A stretch of DNA of 64,000 nt from IMG/VR virus record IMGVR_UViG_3300001687_000015, positions 3,403 to 67,402 of that record, one strand, 5' to 3'. Positions 45,101 through 52,651 of the stretch are shown piece by piece; the stretch's first letter is position 1, and every line of letters starts with the position of its first letter. Origin of the DNA: a virus (Duplodnaviria > Caudoviricetes). The notes under the pieces were generated by a model. It ran no database searches. It was not told where the DNA came from and saw only the letters and a program-made list of their open reading frames with translations. Made by a program: the position numbers and the translations under genes.

Positions 45101-48100
45101 GACTATTAAAAACAAATTCGATCCCCAACTCCACATAAGCATAATAGATACGCACTGGGACGAGATCTACGAATCTGACAAGATGCGGCTTCTGCAAGAG
45201 TTTATCTATGAAAACCCTGCAGGGCTTGACTCCCTCAACAACCTGCTGCCGAATTTCGGTGCCAAAGCAGATGAGTACACAGAGAAATACAAACAAATCG
45301 AGCGCGATGAGCCGACCATCGAACACCAGAAGGACACAGAGATCAGGTGGGAATATGATCACTTGAGAAATATGGCGGGATCAATGCTGCAAGCGGCGCA
45401 TAACTGGGAAATCCCGATGTTTGGCCCCCGACCTGAGACACGCCAGCAGTATGCCGAACAAGTGGGGATACCAGTTGAAGAAGCCTTACCCCCAGAAGAT
45501 TGGGTCAATGATTCGGTAAGAACAAAACATCGTAACCTTCTGTGGGATAGCATGGCAGCGAAGATGATGGTTACAAACGGCGCGTGGGGTGGCTACACGA
45601 ACACAGAAAGAATGGTCTTGGCCAAACTCTGGCAGGGAATTACTGGTGAAGCCTTTAAGATGGTGCGCACTGGCAAGGTGCGGATCATAAGCTCTAAAAA
45701 TGGGCAGGAAGGGTTGAACACAATGTTTGACCTGGAGGGTCAGTGGGAGGCCCAGAACACCTTCATGACCCTGGAGGGTTTGCTGGGGAAAGAGGTCTAT
45801 CGTCAGATAAAGGATTCCGCTGAAGATGTGGGCGAGATCGTAGCCGAAGAAGGGGGTGAGCCACTTACCATCGGAGGTGAGGCATTCAAAAATTACTACG
45901 ACAAGATGGTGAAAAAGGCCACCAATTCTTTCATCACCGCGAAAACCAGGGATTGGAACTCCAAGGGGGTCGAGACTACGACTATCTATGGCGATGCGAT
46001 AAATGTTCGCGAGTACAATGGGCCAGAGTACACGATCAAAGAATTATGGGATGTTTACAGGCAGCAAAAGGAAGACAAAATGGCCCTGGTCGGCACTGAA
46101 GTCCAGGCAGTTGCAAACGCGATGGCAGAACACAACTGGTCATTCCAGAAGGCTATGGATCATTTCGGCACTCCTCTCCTGGCTAAAGCGCTGGGCGGCA
46201 GTATGGTTACGAGCAGAAAAAAACCTATCAAAGTCCACGCCTTTGATGTCACCCCTGAGATGGCAGAGTCTGCCATGAAGGGTCTGCCGATGTACCACCT
46301 GCTCAGAAAGAGCAGCTACCCTGAGTTCATCCAGAAGAAGTTTGATGTGGAGCCGAAGAGCATCATCAACCGGATTAAGGAAGCCGCCAGCAACATGAGT
46401 GAGAACTGGAGGCAACTCCTGGTAGACAGGCTCGATCCCATCAAGGAACACCTGGGCGACTACCCCTACATGCTCCATCGGCTGACCACAGGGCTTCCCG
46501 CAACCATTGCCATGTACATGCGCCACGGCAAGGTTGAGTGGGACAAGAAATCCGCTGCCATGACAGTGAACACAACGAACCAGGGTTTTCTCACATGGCT
46601 GGAGAAGCTCCCCGATGACCATGCGACCAAGCTGCTCTACTGGGTGGCGGCGAAGAGGGCCGAGTATCTCGATACCCTGCCGGATAAGCGCCGTGGCCAG
46701 GAGGGCAAGACCCTGGAGAAGTGGCTCGATGCCGACACGCGCCAGGAGATCTTTGATTGGGTGGGGGAGGATGAGAGGTACTGGGAGGGGCTAAACGAGC
46801 AGCTACAGGAGTGGAACAAGTCCGTTCTCGATCTCGCCACCGAAGCCGGTCTGATCAACGAGGAGGCCAGGGAGGCGTGGGAGCAGCACTACTACCTGCC
46901 GTTTTTCCGGATCATGGAAGATCCGCAGTCTCGCGAGAAGGTTCTTGGTGGCCCCCAGCAGAGCGCACGGTTTATTAGCTCTCAGATCTTCAAGCTCTAT
47001 GGGGCCGAGATGAAGCTGGGCAATCCTCTTGAGAATCTTGTCAGGATGTGGACGCATCTGATCCATGAGAGCCAGAGGAATGTGGCCAGGGCATCAGCCT
47101 TCTACGAGGCGCAGAAACTTGCCGGTGATGGGCCTCCTGTGCTTGAGGAGGTGAGCTTCAAGGATATCCACAAGTTTTACACGCCCCCGAAGAAGGAGGG
47201 CAAGGGCGGTGGCAGGATGACCTTTGTGACCGCAGATACCAAGGAGCCGGTGCTTGCCTTCCTGAAAAATGGCAAGCGGGTGTACTTCAAGGTGCATGAC
47301 CCCACCCTGTATCAGGCCATGAGCAACATGAACGCGCAGCGGTTCACCGGCTGGGTTATGGATGGCCTCAGAGGAAGCAAGAGGTTGCTCACTGGGGGGG
47401 CGACCTTCAGCATTGGCTTCCGGATTCGCAACATGTTAAGGGACACCTTACATGTGGCGATTGTGAGCAAGAGCTTCAGGCCGTTTATCGATAGTATGAC
47501 AGGCTTTGCCAAGGCCATGCGCGAGGACGAGGACTATGTGAAGTTCATGGCATCCATGGGCGGTTTCGGTAGCTCCTATGTGAGCGCCGATGACCCCAAG
47601 GCGCTGGCCAGATACATCGACAGGATCATCGAGAAGGAGGGCAAAGAGGCCAGGACACGCATCATCGATACCGCAGCGAAAGCCTGGAACTTCTGGGACA
47701 AGATAGGCGCTGCGAGTGAGAATGCGGCCAGGGTGCAACTGTACGCCAACCTGAGAAAGAAAGGGGTGAGCCACCTGGAGGCGGCGTTCCAGGCGCGAGA
47801 TCTTCTCGATTTCACCATGAGGGGTGATGCCGCAGCCATACAGCTTCTGATCTCGATTGTACCGTTCATGAATGCGAGGACGCAGGGCATTTACAAGTTA
47901 GGCCGTGCCTTTGGGGAGAATCGCGCTGGCTTCATGCTCAAAGGTCTTGCCCTCACTGCAGCCAGCCTCATTCTCTGGGGTTGGAACCGTGACAAGGAGG
48001 AGTACAAAGAGTTGGAGGATTGGGACAAGTGGAATTATTACCATTTCTGGGTCGGCTCTGAGCATTATCGCCTCCCGAAGCCCTTTGAGGTGGGGGCCAT

Positions 48101-48872
48101 CTTCTCCTCGATGTTTGAATCCGCTGCCGACACCCTCACAGGGGATGAGGACGTATCCTTTATGATTGATTGGCTGATCCACACCATGAGGGACAACCTG
48201 AACCTCATCGCCTTCCCCGCCGCATTGGGGCCGCTGGCTGAACAGTGGGCGAACAAGGTCTACTACACCAGAAGGCCGATTGTGCCGATGCGCCTGGAGC
48301 GATTGCCAGCAGGGTATCAAAGGGAGCCGTGGACACCGATTGTCCTGCAACTTCTGGGGCAAAAACTGGGGATATCACCCCGAAGGGCAGAAGCCTTTCT
48401 CAAAGGCTATCTTGCCTCATACGTCCAGACATTTTTTATCGCCAGTGACATGGCTTTCAGGGCCATGACTGATTGGCCGGAGAAACCCCGCAGGGTCTGG
48501 GAGGACATCCCCACGGTAGGCCAGTTCGTCAGGCGTGGGGAGCCAGCGCGGCGCACGAAATATGAAACCCGATTCTATGAGTTGTTTCGCGAGGTGGATG
48601 AGATCTACAACCTCGCCTCCCATTACCGGCGCACAGGCGACATAGAGAAAGCCAGGGCTGTTCTTGAGCGAGACAAGGAGAAGCTCCGTTGGCGCAAGCC
48701 CATGCTCAAGGCCAAGGCCAGGGCGCGCAAGATCTCTAATCGCATCCGCTACATCATTGAGAGCAGGGAGATGTCGAGGGATGAGAAGCGGGAGCGCATC
48801 GATGAACTGGCCATGAGGCGCAACGAACTCATGAAGTTGATTTACAATCTCTACACTGAAAGGGGGCGCTAG
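36126..48872 (+). CDS. giant polyvalent internal virion protein (GHKL ATPase, two HExxH motifs, ART-like and Cys-cluster modules, C-terminal LPD38-like domain)
   Basis: 4248-aa uninterrupted ORF; REALQNSLDA, DDNGIGM, GGFGIAK, QGT; HELTH; HESIH; EEIQSDWHQ; WDKWNYYHF...RLPKPFEVG. Confidence 0.8.
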   Translation: MLTLEEVLAEAEKEKPKETQEAQPTWERPSYGDLLTEAQQRKTMREPEPGFTKVAAKGLLRSGYQMIGSIGSMAGWFNEMIGLDELAKGGFAFRKRWEDRINEGWSAPDPRVFEGRFWDKPSLKRAVGIIAETVPTLGAALAIGYASGVRWLGATALGLMEGAPEYEEMRKAGRGVGVSSVYGGIVSGGIAALEYLPIGHMLGAFEKFGAKSFAKGFWKGMGLGAVEEGLQEASQQVFQNWMAQMGYDDTRMLLEGVTEAIIGGAGAGGIAGGTVGKLQAWAEDNKDKVDVSKTIDEAQELVENQMETITGQKGTPQTLIDRLSGEFDREQEAAEGVDQPLTPRPDLAEGQEVMTPVGIGVIEEIDKDYVNVRFPGTGEATGFPDAEVEPLGVAEAEPVSEEPAIDLKTLQEKPTMHEYVLKRQEIHEPEVVAEAKKMQARLEKAAIPTPTPADETIRVDEEQVEPQRTAGLRNDPFFTEAWAKKGVQALDERESHIKTAFVDTETFMDSEFYDGSYPVPETGGLLAAEKTKRYKEDEGYRAWVDKTAMDMAQTIIDANKKRQILQGSANAGLFGVSYNIQQVEQTGKKVKGKYTVNVARAWNQEAKVKYPYVYKLGDISVREALQNSLDAVMRAKKLREVKDGKIEIEVLGMEPIPPEVDAKTGKPVWRADTSLAEEFHKRTQEAGGEITYDEIYKGLQDIAQYGRYSDYWEKEAISLRPVAKALGYDEHDISKAFSDAFGPIASGYTIDDNGIGMSDVDIADKFLALHGTGKDVEGEFGGFGIAKAVILGPSDTATWTLHTRDNYFTHEMATAIEEIGTTKRRQGTRLEVRTQDQIIDPTITRQYVETTRPPKGIKILYKYQDTPSEELGDPFKGKRRQVTKTKIDDNTDMEITYLPKPGFDYQRKMIIRLVGKTSGARLTQAIRAVNDEGFSGAIVVDITTDLTPSHADYPLDGSRMNFKGTKPKEAITKVINKVSLDKKSAARVGVTSRKYWLAQRPEWKKTLQRIKTDKNYQNLLKVISDIYDETGQFHGHGPRHGMVGETPTTHLPDMEVQIDVGAKKKGGSLAHAIHVTAYEAVARLLSVPIGAKVGKLYGLISKEIDGATVGAQYNPGTGAMGLNFLNFDKTALKNPTTFAQYLKSLVVHELTHAWVTQHDEDYSTMREQNDNKAAPYFDYILRIAEAALGKKSKLRKATVTKDKIVEKEVEVVVEREIEKEILRFVRDPEQMELFREQEIGGYGGYEDQIFLSPQSARQLRLFPTRDDRLTTGWGSTERIVGTRGAVQQPTAQGAPDTGEGRLRPRADLPDVFAAPPERRSLWRRVKNWISPRTKAQRKRLNSQIPDEMSAPWKKGIKNTPQYSLQRIERPVVTHYIKKEDLGKEPKKVMKVFLVSIPDDIQSNLKEGKPQIVFDNVEDARGHNVNPERLKDWLQLYDMSMNLKYAKDFWVRKKEGKLEGVIELYLTKGCHRVPTIIERVEIGILPPETHLEACYEGMCFVNYKQYSLYGQIENMEVRDLQMADPDAIANFLKRANIANLNDTPFLREGALGDSSHALATDAAEAWLHEGRKRGITVPTVFISSGYGPVSDERYQRLGPYADRFVLHFSTSGWFPRNEIMMRLAEFQAARDAGLPAVIRVVTNRDQLPNRYGDVVNMRNEEFLFNQLGEMRVSQDELLETQYHDDTVDRRKPEHRSSSTGQFKHQCGETGRCVSCGAKCLVNTLLGGQKGKSRIYVPPQYSLERGKPPIKTVYSFNHVGAVEGSPNDSHRIQTVGRDLLESGIELGEELAHDHIDLGEGRDYLKEAPGADVTILHWIPDEGIGRVGQVGLFQISELHSIEKWREALLKSDSAFIYVFGGIDEISGEKLGDLPGYTREKVGPRWAEMTRYTRNVPSYQMVDARDRFMSRRVSNLRARLEEVATQEADEALIKHDIGIPFYDEFAEWPENQNLPGGARQLKARYIERFGELKTVQIGKVQAAIGSRLTRTGDIRLEDMYDRLKRQAQIIGWVAVQENEKLFKTGTPVTFQYVRNTEKAPDMGERFQQHLEPAGSYMLHNPDPGDLPGNWKAGTITLRSPLVIKFHSVPGEARYNENSWKANLSRAYGGMTGWDLSRTLMAEGFDSIVTVGQTLDGKPMDTREIIYLGPTAHYLRGKAQRPTVKSRFTRITTEDLQTIFPGQKIGVDGDGNIWIETKAGHVLKIQGVEEITPDSYGLEVAYGQTGLEGGERILGEYASGQIKLQRDAAGRFTLAHESIHWLEDMGILSSKDIAIIKGTIKRLYKQGKFEPVRNRDGSIIDLGGPEDRANYLASQILEQPTGAMAQIVKKIQDFIDRLVNLVQRTSHGIIRDIKTGAIYDNGIASGHAVNLHGVAQKSGPIWTSQMTEWVIKTGPNKATADQWLKTLERTANKGQHFKKEEYDWSGIKEWLESLAGDPAQLKLWGVHDRISKEQVVQWLAAHNIKIEETAMVDYHGSVDSGAFVEEIEQLEDTYDILREDEGEVGPWAIDFRVGGTPWGEWHDQDIDDLREHQGEQGYPQLSDEDFYALERYQEGVDEEGWDEMSVIDLPVPYMWEADTPLGTYRIHRKILYKPDGKVDQVVFDVWREGYQVHEFVFDHYELWDQEQDEVNYQNLQENLDYALHDAVTAANDDFNADFHTGEATGSGARYEGRDYLTVGEYGNYQEILLKIPTIEARAKERYEDAKDAYHDYIEELAAKYTVDAWVIPDVATDEENSNLLRLQLTMEDAENFASRAKYKHGHWSGESNFVVHVRFNERVDADGKRTLFIEEIQSDWHQDARKLRNRQVFNLMKDGMSRAEAEAAVPQNYGYQDHSAEQRHREARDLTRKIQADLGHKYEVRNFGSSRLAFRSYVIAAGATEEEIDRLDAATREELWWNERVSYANPHAPLKTGYTLVAMKRMIRWAAEHGYERVAWTPGWIQVDRWSRNLRRTADKISWQKEYTTDWTPAKEWSREIAGRLNQVLADWWRVKSQDIETIKNKFDPQLHISIIDTHWDEIYESDKMRLLQEFIYENPAGLDSLNNLLPNFGAKADEYTEKYKQIERDEPTIEHQKDTEIRWEYDHLRNMAGSMLQAAHNWEIPMFGPRPETRQQYAEQVGIPVEEALPPEDWVNDSVRTKHRNLLWDSMAAKMMVTNGAWGGYTNTERMVLAKLWQGITGEAFKMVRTGKVRIISSKNGQEGLNTMFDLEGQWEAQNTFMTLEGLLGKEVYRQIKDSAEDVGEIVAEEGGEPLTIGGEAFKNYYDKMVKKATNSFITAKTRDWNSKGVETTTIYGDAINVREYNGPEYTIKELWDVYRQQKEDKMALVGTEVQAVANAMAEHNWSFQKAMDHFGTPLLAKALGGSMVTSRKKPIKVHAFDVTPEMAESAMKGLPMYHLLRKSSYPEFIQKKFDVEPKSIINRIKEAASNMSENWRQLLVDRLDPIKEHLGDYPYMLHRLTTGLPATIAMYMRHGKVEWDKKSAAMTVNTTNQGFLTWLEKLPDDHATKLLYWVAAKRAEYLDTLPDKRRGQEGKTLEKWLDADTRQEIFDWVGEDERYWEGLNEQLQEWNKSVLDLATEAGLINEEAREAWEQHYYLPFFRIMEDPQSREKVLGGPQQSARFISSQIFKLYGAEMKLGNPLENLVRMWTHLIHESQRNVARASAFYEAQKLAGDGPPVLEEVSFKDIHKFYTPPKKEGKGGGRMTFVTADTKEPVLAFLKNGKRVYFKVHDPTLYQAMSNMNAQRFTGWVMDGLRGSKRLLTGGATFSIGFRIRNMLRDTLHVAIVSKSFRPFIDSMTGFAKAMREDEDYVKFMASMGGFGSSYVSADDPKALARYIDRIIEKEGKEARTRIIDTAAKAWNFWDKIGAASENAARVQLYANLRKKGVSHLEAAFQARDLLDFTMRGDAAAIQLLISIVPFMNARTQGIYKLGRAFGENRAGFMLKGLALTAASLILWGWNRDKEEYKELEDWDKWNYYHFWVGSEHYRLPKPFEVGAIFSSMFESAADTLTGDEDVSFMIDWLIHTMRDNLNLIAFPAALGPLAEQWANKVYYTRRPIVPMRLERLPAGYQREPWTPIVLQLLGQKLGISPRRAEAFLKGYLASYVQTFFIASDMAFRAMTDWPEKPRRVWEDIPTVGQFVRRGEPARRTKYETRFYELFREVDEIYNLASHYRRTGDIEKARAVLERDKEKLRWRKPMLKAKARARKISNRIRYIIESREMSRDEKRERIDELAMRRNELMKLIYNLYTERGR

Positions 48873-49300
48873 TGGAACCCACACCTGTAACATATGCGGA
48901 TATCGTTATTCATCTTGGACTGCCACTCGTTCTATTCATGCTAGGCTGGCTAGTGAAACAGAATCGGGATGCCCGAATTGCGATGGTAGAAAACATTGGA
49001 AAACTAACGAAGAGCATACGGAGCGTTGAGAAGGAATTGGCAAATTACCAAACCACCTGGATGCACCGGAAAGAGTCACTGCTTGATACCTTCACGAAGC
49101 AGTGCGAGACAACACAAGGTGCTTGCCGAGCATTGGTGGAAATACAGCTTACAAGCTTAAAAGATGCACACATCAACATTTTGCAGAAGCTTGACAGTCA
49201 CAAATCCTTTTGTCATGGCTGTTGGAATAAACAAGATGATTTTAATAAAAAATTACTGGCACACATCGCAGACACCAAACTGCATGATACACCAAAATGA
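48872..49300 (+). CDS. membrane-anchored coiled-coil protein (lysis region)
   Basis: N-terminal TM IVIHLGLPLVLFMLGWLV then coiled coil. Confidence 0.6.
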   Translation: MEPTPVTYADIVIHLGLPLVLFMLGWLVKQNRDARIAMVENIGKLTKSIRSVEKELANYQTTWMHRKESLLDTFTKQCETTQGACRALVEIQLTSLKDAHINILQKLDSHKSFCHGCWNKQDDFNKKLLAHIADTKLHDTPK

Positions 49301-49650
49301 CATACGACCAGTTGTGCCACCACATAAGGAATCTGGTGCAGGTGGCAGAGGGCGTGATCCTTGTGTCGATGAAGCGAAGGCGAGATCTCCGGATTTCACT
49401 CCGCAAAAACGGTGATAAACCCACTGCTGTGGTGAAACAGCAGATCAAGGATCACCTTTGCTTCAGCGAGGAACAGGATGCTGAGATTCTATTGCGCCTC
49501 ATTGATATGCATGAGGCATTGGATCGTCTAAAACACGATCATGGAGTGTGTGCAAATGTGGAGGAGAGTCAGGCTCAAGGAGGGAGTTGTTGTAGCCGGT
49601 GCTTCGCCGGAGATCCTTCTGGCGATACTGATAGCAATTCCGATCTTTAG
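49297..49650 (+). CDS. hypothetical protein
   Basis: ATGA overlap; 3' end overlaps the endolysin gene by ~95 nt. Confidence 0.45.
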   Translation: MTYDQLCHHIRNLVQVAEGVILVSMKRRRDLRISLRKNGDKPTAVVKQQIKDHLCFSEEQDAEILLRLIDMHEALDRLKHDHGVCANVEESQAQGGSCCSRCFAGDPSGDTDSNSDL

Positions 49651-49867
49651 TAGCTACGAATCGGATCTTGTGATCACTTCTTTGGTAGACGGCGATCATT
49701 CGCCCACCTCCAGACACTACATCGGCATGGCTGTCGATTTTCGGATCTGGTATCTGAAGGACAAGGTCGAACTGGCAGCGCAGGATCTCCGAGAGGCGCT
49801 AGGCTCCGATTACTATGTGCGCCTGGAGCAAACACATATGCACGTTTCCTACAAGCCAAGGAGGTGA
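49556..49867 (+). CDS. endolysin, peptidase M15-like Zn peptidase
   Basis: VITS...GDHSPTSRHYIGMAVDFR...THMHVSY, the H-x6-D...HxH LAS motif. Confidence 0.8.
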   Translation: MWRRVRLKEGVVVAGASPEILLAILIAIPIFSSYESDLVITSLVDGDHSPTSRHYIGMAVDFRIWYLKDKVELAAQDLREALGSDYYVRLEQTHMHVSYKPRR

Positions 49868-49870
49868 GCC

Positions 49871-50359
49871 ATGCACAAGGTCTTTCGCTACAAGCACAGA
49901 GTCGAGGTTGACAGAATCTGCTATTTGATTGCCATTGGCATCCTGGCGCTGGGCATTGCGTTTTTTAGCCAGGGCTGTGCCAGCAAACCCACCGTTCAGC
50001 AGTACCAGATGCTCAATGCAGCAGCCGATCTCCGGCTGGCTGTCCTCCAGGGGGCAGGTGATTACTACCGCATGGGGTTGTTGGACGAGGAACTCAAAGA
50101 TCAGATTATCGAGATCGATGCCTTTGTGCAGGAAGCGGGGCGACTCGCGACAACGGCCCTCAATGAAGTGGTCATGTTGGAGAGGCTCCGAGAGCTAGAT
50201 CCGGAAGCCGTGACCCCAGAAGAATACGCTACTGCTGTACAGAAATATCAAGACGCGAAAGCAAAGTTTCGGGCTGAGTGGAGGCGGCTCACTACCCTTG
50301 TCGATCCCTTTTTAATGAAGTGGCTACAGGACGCAGCAGCGAAACAGGAGGGAGGTTGA
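49871..50359 (+). CDS. putative lipoprotein (spanin-like position)
   Basis: Hydrophobic stretch LIAIGILALGIAFF then SQGC (imperfect lipobox); helical mature part. Confidence 0.55.
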   Translation: MHKVFRYKHRVEVDRICYLIAIGILALGIAFFSQGCASKPTVQQYQMLNAAADLRLAVLQGAGDYYRMGLLDEELKDQIIEIDAFVQEAGRLATTALNEVVMLERLRELDPEAVTPEEYATAVQKYQDAKAKFRAEWRRLTTLVDPFLMKWLQDAAAKQEGG

Positions 50360-50360
50360 G

Positions 50361-50534
50361 ATGGAATTATTTCTAATGATGTTGGCGAGGACGCTCTTGC
50401 AGCAAGCGCCAGAGATAATCGATTGGCTCAAGGGAATGCGGGATGAGGGCAAAACTGAGGTCACTGAAATGGATATGGCAACCCTCATGGTCAAGTGGGA
50501 CAGGTCAGCCGCCAGTTTCTTCTCAAAGGAGTAG
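50361..50534 (+). CDS. small amphipathic protein (57 aa, not in ORF track)
   Basis: ggagg SD; MELFLMMLARTLLQQAPEIIDWLKGMRDEGKTEVTEMDMATLMVKWDRSAASFFSKE*. Confidence 0.6.
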   Translation: MELFLMMLARTLLQQAPEIIDWLKGMRDEGKTEVTEMDMATLMVKWDRSAASFFSKE

Positions 50535-50537
50535 GCT

Positions 50538-50825
50538 ATGGAAATCACATTCGGTGGATACGCAATGCCCCTCATTCTCTCACTGATCTTGAGTTTTGCC
50601 TACAAGGTGGCTGGGGCCAAAATCGATGATCGATTCAAGGCCGTTATTGCGGTAGTTGCCGGTCTTGCTCTGGGCAACCTCGCGATTGCTTACAAAGGCT
50701 TGCAGTGGACTGTGCCTGTAGTTGTTGACCACAGTGTCTACGGTTTTATCGTGGGGCTGTCAGCTATCGGGTTGTATGAGTTACAGAGGACTGTGACCAA
50801 TCCTCGTGGCCGAGGGGGGGCATAG
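50538..50825 (+). CDS. holin (2-3 TM)
   Basis: Hydrophobic helices separated by DDRFK; basic C-terminus; last gene of the lysis cassette. Confidence 0.65.
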   Translation: MEITFGGYAMPLILSLILSFAYKVAGAKIDDRFKAVIAVVAGLALGNLAIAYKGLQWTVPVVVDHSVYGFIVGLSAIGLYELQRTVTNPRGRGGA

Positions 50826-50881
50826 AGAAGGGGCAGAACCAGAGGGTAGTTAGGGTCACGTTAGGTCGAGATCTCAAGAAT

Positions 50882-50916
50882 ACGGCCAATCTGGAGGGTC
50901 AGATTGGCCGTTTTTT
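50882..50916 (+). terminator. intrinsic terminator ending the late operon
   Basis: acggccaatctg/cagattggccgt perfect 12-bp stem followed by a T-run. Confidence 0.9.
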
Positions 50917-50925
50917 ATGGTGGGA

Positions 50926-51003
50926 GGGGGAAAACGGCGCTTTTCGCCTCAGAGTGCCGTTGGCCCAAAACACAGCGTCAAGGAGGTCAACGCCGCTTCC
51001 CCC
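50926..51003. ncRNA. structured element carrying the TGGCCCAAAACAC motif, between convergent operons
   Basis: gggggaa/ttccccc and cggcg/cgccg enclosing tggcccaaaacac (50961-50973) and aaggaggt. Confidence 0.35.
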
Positions 51004-51010
51004 AATTGGG

Positions 51011-52651
51011 TTAATCTTTGAGGGTTTCTCCAAGGGCCGCGAAGAACTCCTTTCTGTGTTCCAGAGTGGGAATCGTCTTCCAATCCTCGTAGCCCATCAG
51101 GCCCAATTGTTTCATGAACTCATCGTGGGCCTGTTCCTCGCCCAGCTTGTTGGCCATCTTCATCTGCATATCCTCGATGGCCGTGATGTATGAGGCATCG
51201 CCAGGGGTAGCCGGTGGCTGGCTGCGCTCACTAGGGGGATGTTCCCACGGCTGGCCAGCATCATAGAGGCTGGTGCCTACGAGCCGGTGATATTTGCTGG
51301 CGAACTCCACGATGATTTGCCCATGTTTCGCGTGGAACATGGGGTTATCAAACATGTAGCCCCATTCCCCGACTAACCGTTTCATGCCGCCAGTTTTGGA
51401 CTTTTCGATTATTGCCAGCATCTCTCTGGGATCGAGCCACTCCTGCTCTTTCTCCTTTGTCGGTGGCGGTTCAGTGGTCAGTGGCGCTGGTTCTGCATCC
51501 AGGGCATCATAGCGCTCATCGACTCTGGCCATGAAATCCTCGATCTCACCGGCTTCCACCATGGCGATCTTGAGATCCTCAAGGTTGTTGATGCCGTCTT
51601 TGGCTTCCAGATCCTCAAACAGGAGATCCTGGGCGATTGAACGCCGCTGTTCATCCAGGCGATCCAGGCGCACATCAAAGGTCTTGAGGTAGGCGCGGCG
51701 CTGCACTTCCTGATCTGCAGCCTCTTTCGCTGCCTGTTCCACATCTCCTTCAGTTGCAGCCTCAAAGGGTGGCTCCTCCTTCTCAGGCGGCTTCTGGGGC
51801 GGCTCCTCGCCAAAGATCTCAGGCACATCTGCCATGGTTTCAGGCGTGATCGGGGCCACATCTGTGCCTACGGCCTCGCCCAGGTTGATCTCCGAGGCGA
51901 GATCCCTGGCTGGCGTGACCTCTGTGGCGGTGGTATCGATGGCCTCCTCCGGAAGTGGCTCCTCGATAGACACTTCAGCGGCATCGTAAAGACCCTTGAA
52001 CTCGTCTGGGTAGAGTTCCCTGAGTCCCTGGCTGAGTGCAACTTTCCGGATCATCATGGGCTGTTTCGGCTCAGACCAGAACTGGGTGATCCGGCCTTCT
52101 TTGGTCTTCTTGATGTAGCCCTGGAGATCGACTTCAAGGAACATGGGCAGTTCCCTGGAGGCTTTCTTCCCTTTGAACCAGCCACCGATCAATGTATCAC
52201 CCTTGCGCGGCAGCGCACCTTCGCGGTGTAGCTCTATGATGCCCATGGCATCACAGGTTTTGCAGGGCATAGAGTACTGCTTGTCGCTTGATTGTGACTG
52301 CTTTGTCAGCATCCCAGTGCCGTTGCACGGTCTGCACTCGCGCTCAACCACGATCCCAGCTTGCCAGTATTGCAGATCCCGCTGGGCATCGGCACGAGAG
52401 ACAAAGTAGTCTTTTGATGTGACTACTGCCCCTGTCTCGTTAGGCGAGAACTTTATCAAGTAACAGTCGCGCCGGTAGGGGTTCAACTGCCTCGCCTTGC
52501 ACTCCGCGATGAAGTGCATCATCTCACCTGGGGTGACGAGATCTGCACGGCCTACCACGAGATGCGCCTTCACGAGGTCGAATGAGAGTTTGGTTTCCAG
52601 GCCGTAACGGTCAACATAGACCGTTAGCCCTCGTTCTTTGGGTTTATTCAT
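51011..52651 (-). CDS. bet: Bet/RecT-family single-strand annealing protein with Zn-finger insertion and long C-terminal extension
   Basis: FIAECKARQLNPYRRDCYLIKF, LIGGW, MIRKVALSQGLRELYPDEFKGLY; start re-called to ATG 52651. Confidence 0.85.
   Translation of the reverse strand: MNKPKERGLTVYVDRYGLETKLSFDLVKAHLVVGRADLVTPGEMMHFIAECKARQLNPYRRDCYLIKFSPNETGAVVTSKDYFVSRADAQRDLQYWQAGIVVERECRPCNGTGMLTKQSQSSDKQYSMPCKTCDAMGIIELHREGALPRKGDTLIGGWFKGKKASRELPMFLEVDLQGYIKKTKEGRITQFWSEPKQPMMIRKVALSQGLRELYPDEFKGLYDAAEVSIEEPLPEEAIDTTATEVTPARDLASEINLGEAVGTDVAPITPETMADVPEIFGEEPPQKPPEKEEPPFEAATEGDVEQAAKEAADQEVQRRAYLKTFDVRLDRLDEQRRSIAQDLLFEDLEAKDGINNLEDLKIAMVEAGEIEDFMARVDERYDALDAEPAPLTTEPPPTKEKEQEWLDPREMLAIIEKSKTGGMKRLVGEWGYMFDNPMFHAKHGQIIVEFASKYHRLVGTSLYDAGQPWEHPPSERSQPPATPGDASYITAIEDMQMKMANKLGEEQAHDEFMKQLGLMGYEDWKTIPTLEHRKEFFAALGETLKD

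Noticed and set aside
36126-48872. N4-like or crAss-like virion RNA polymerase, prompted by the ORF size and template-strand hairpins at 57451 and 58767
   Set aside because: No T7-type motif B (RxxxKxxxMxxxYG) or DxDGD motif found; NADFHTG is only a superficial match
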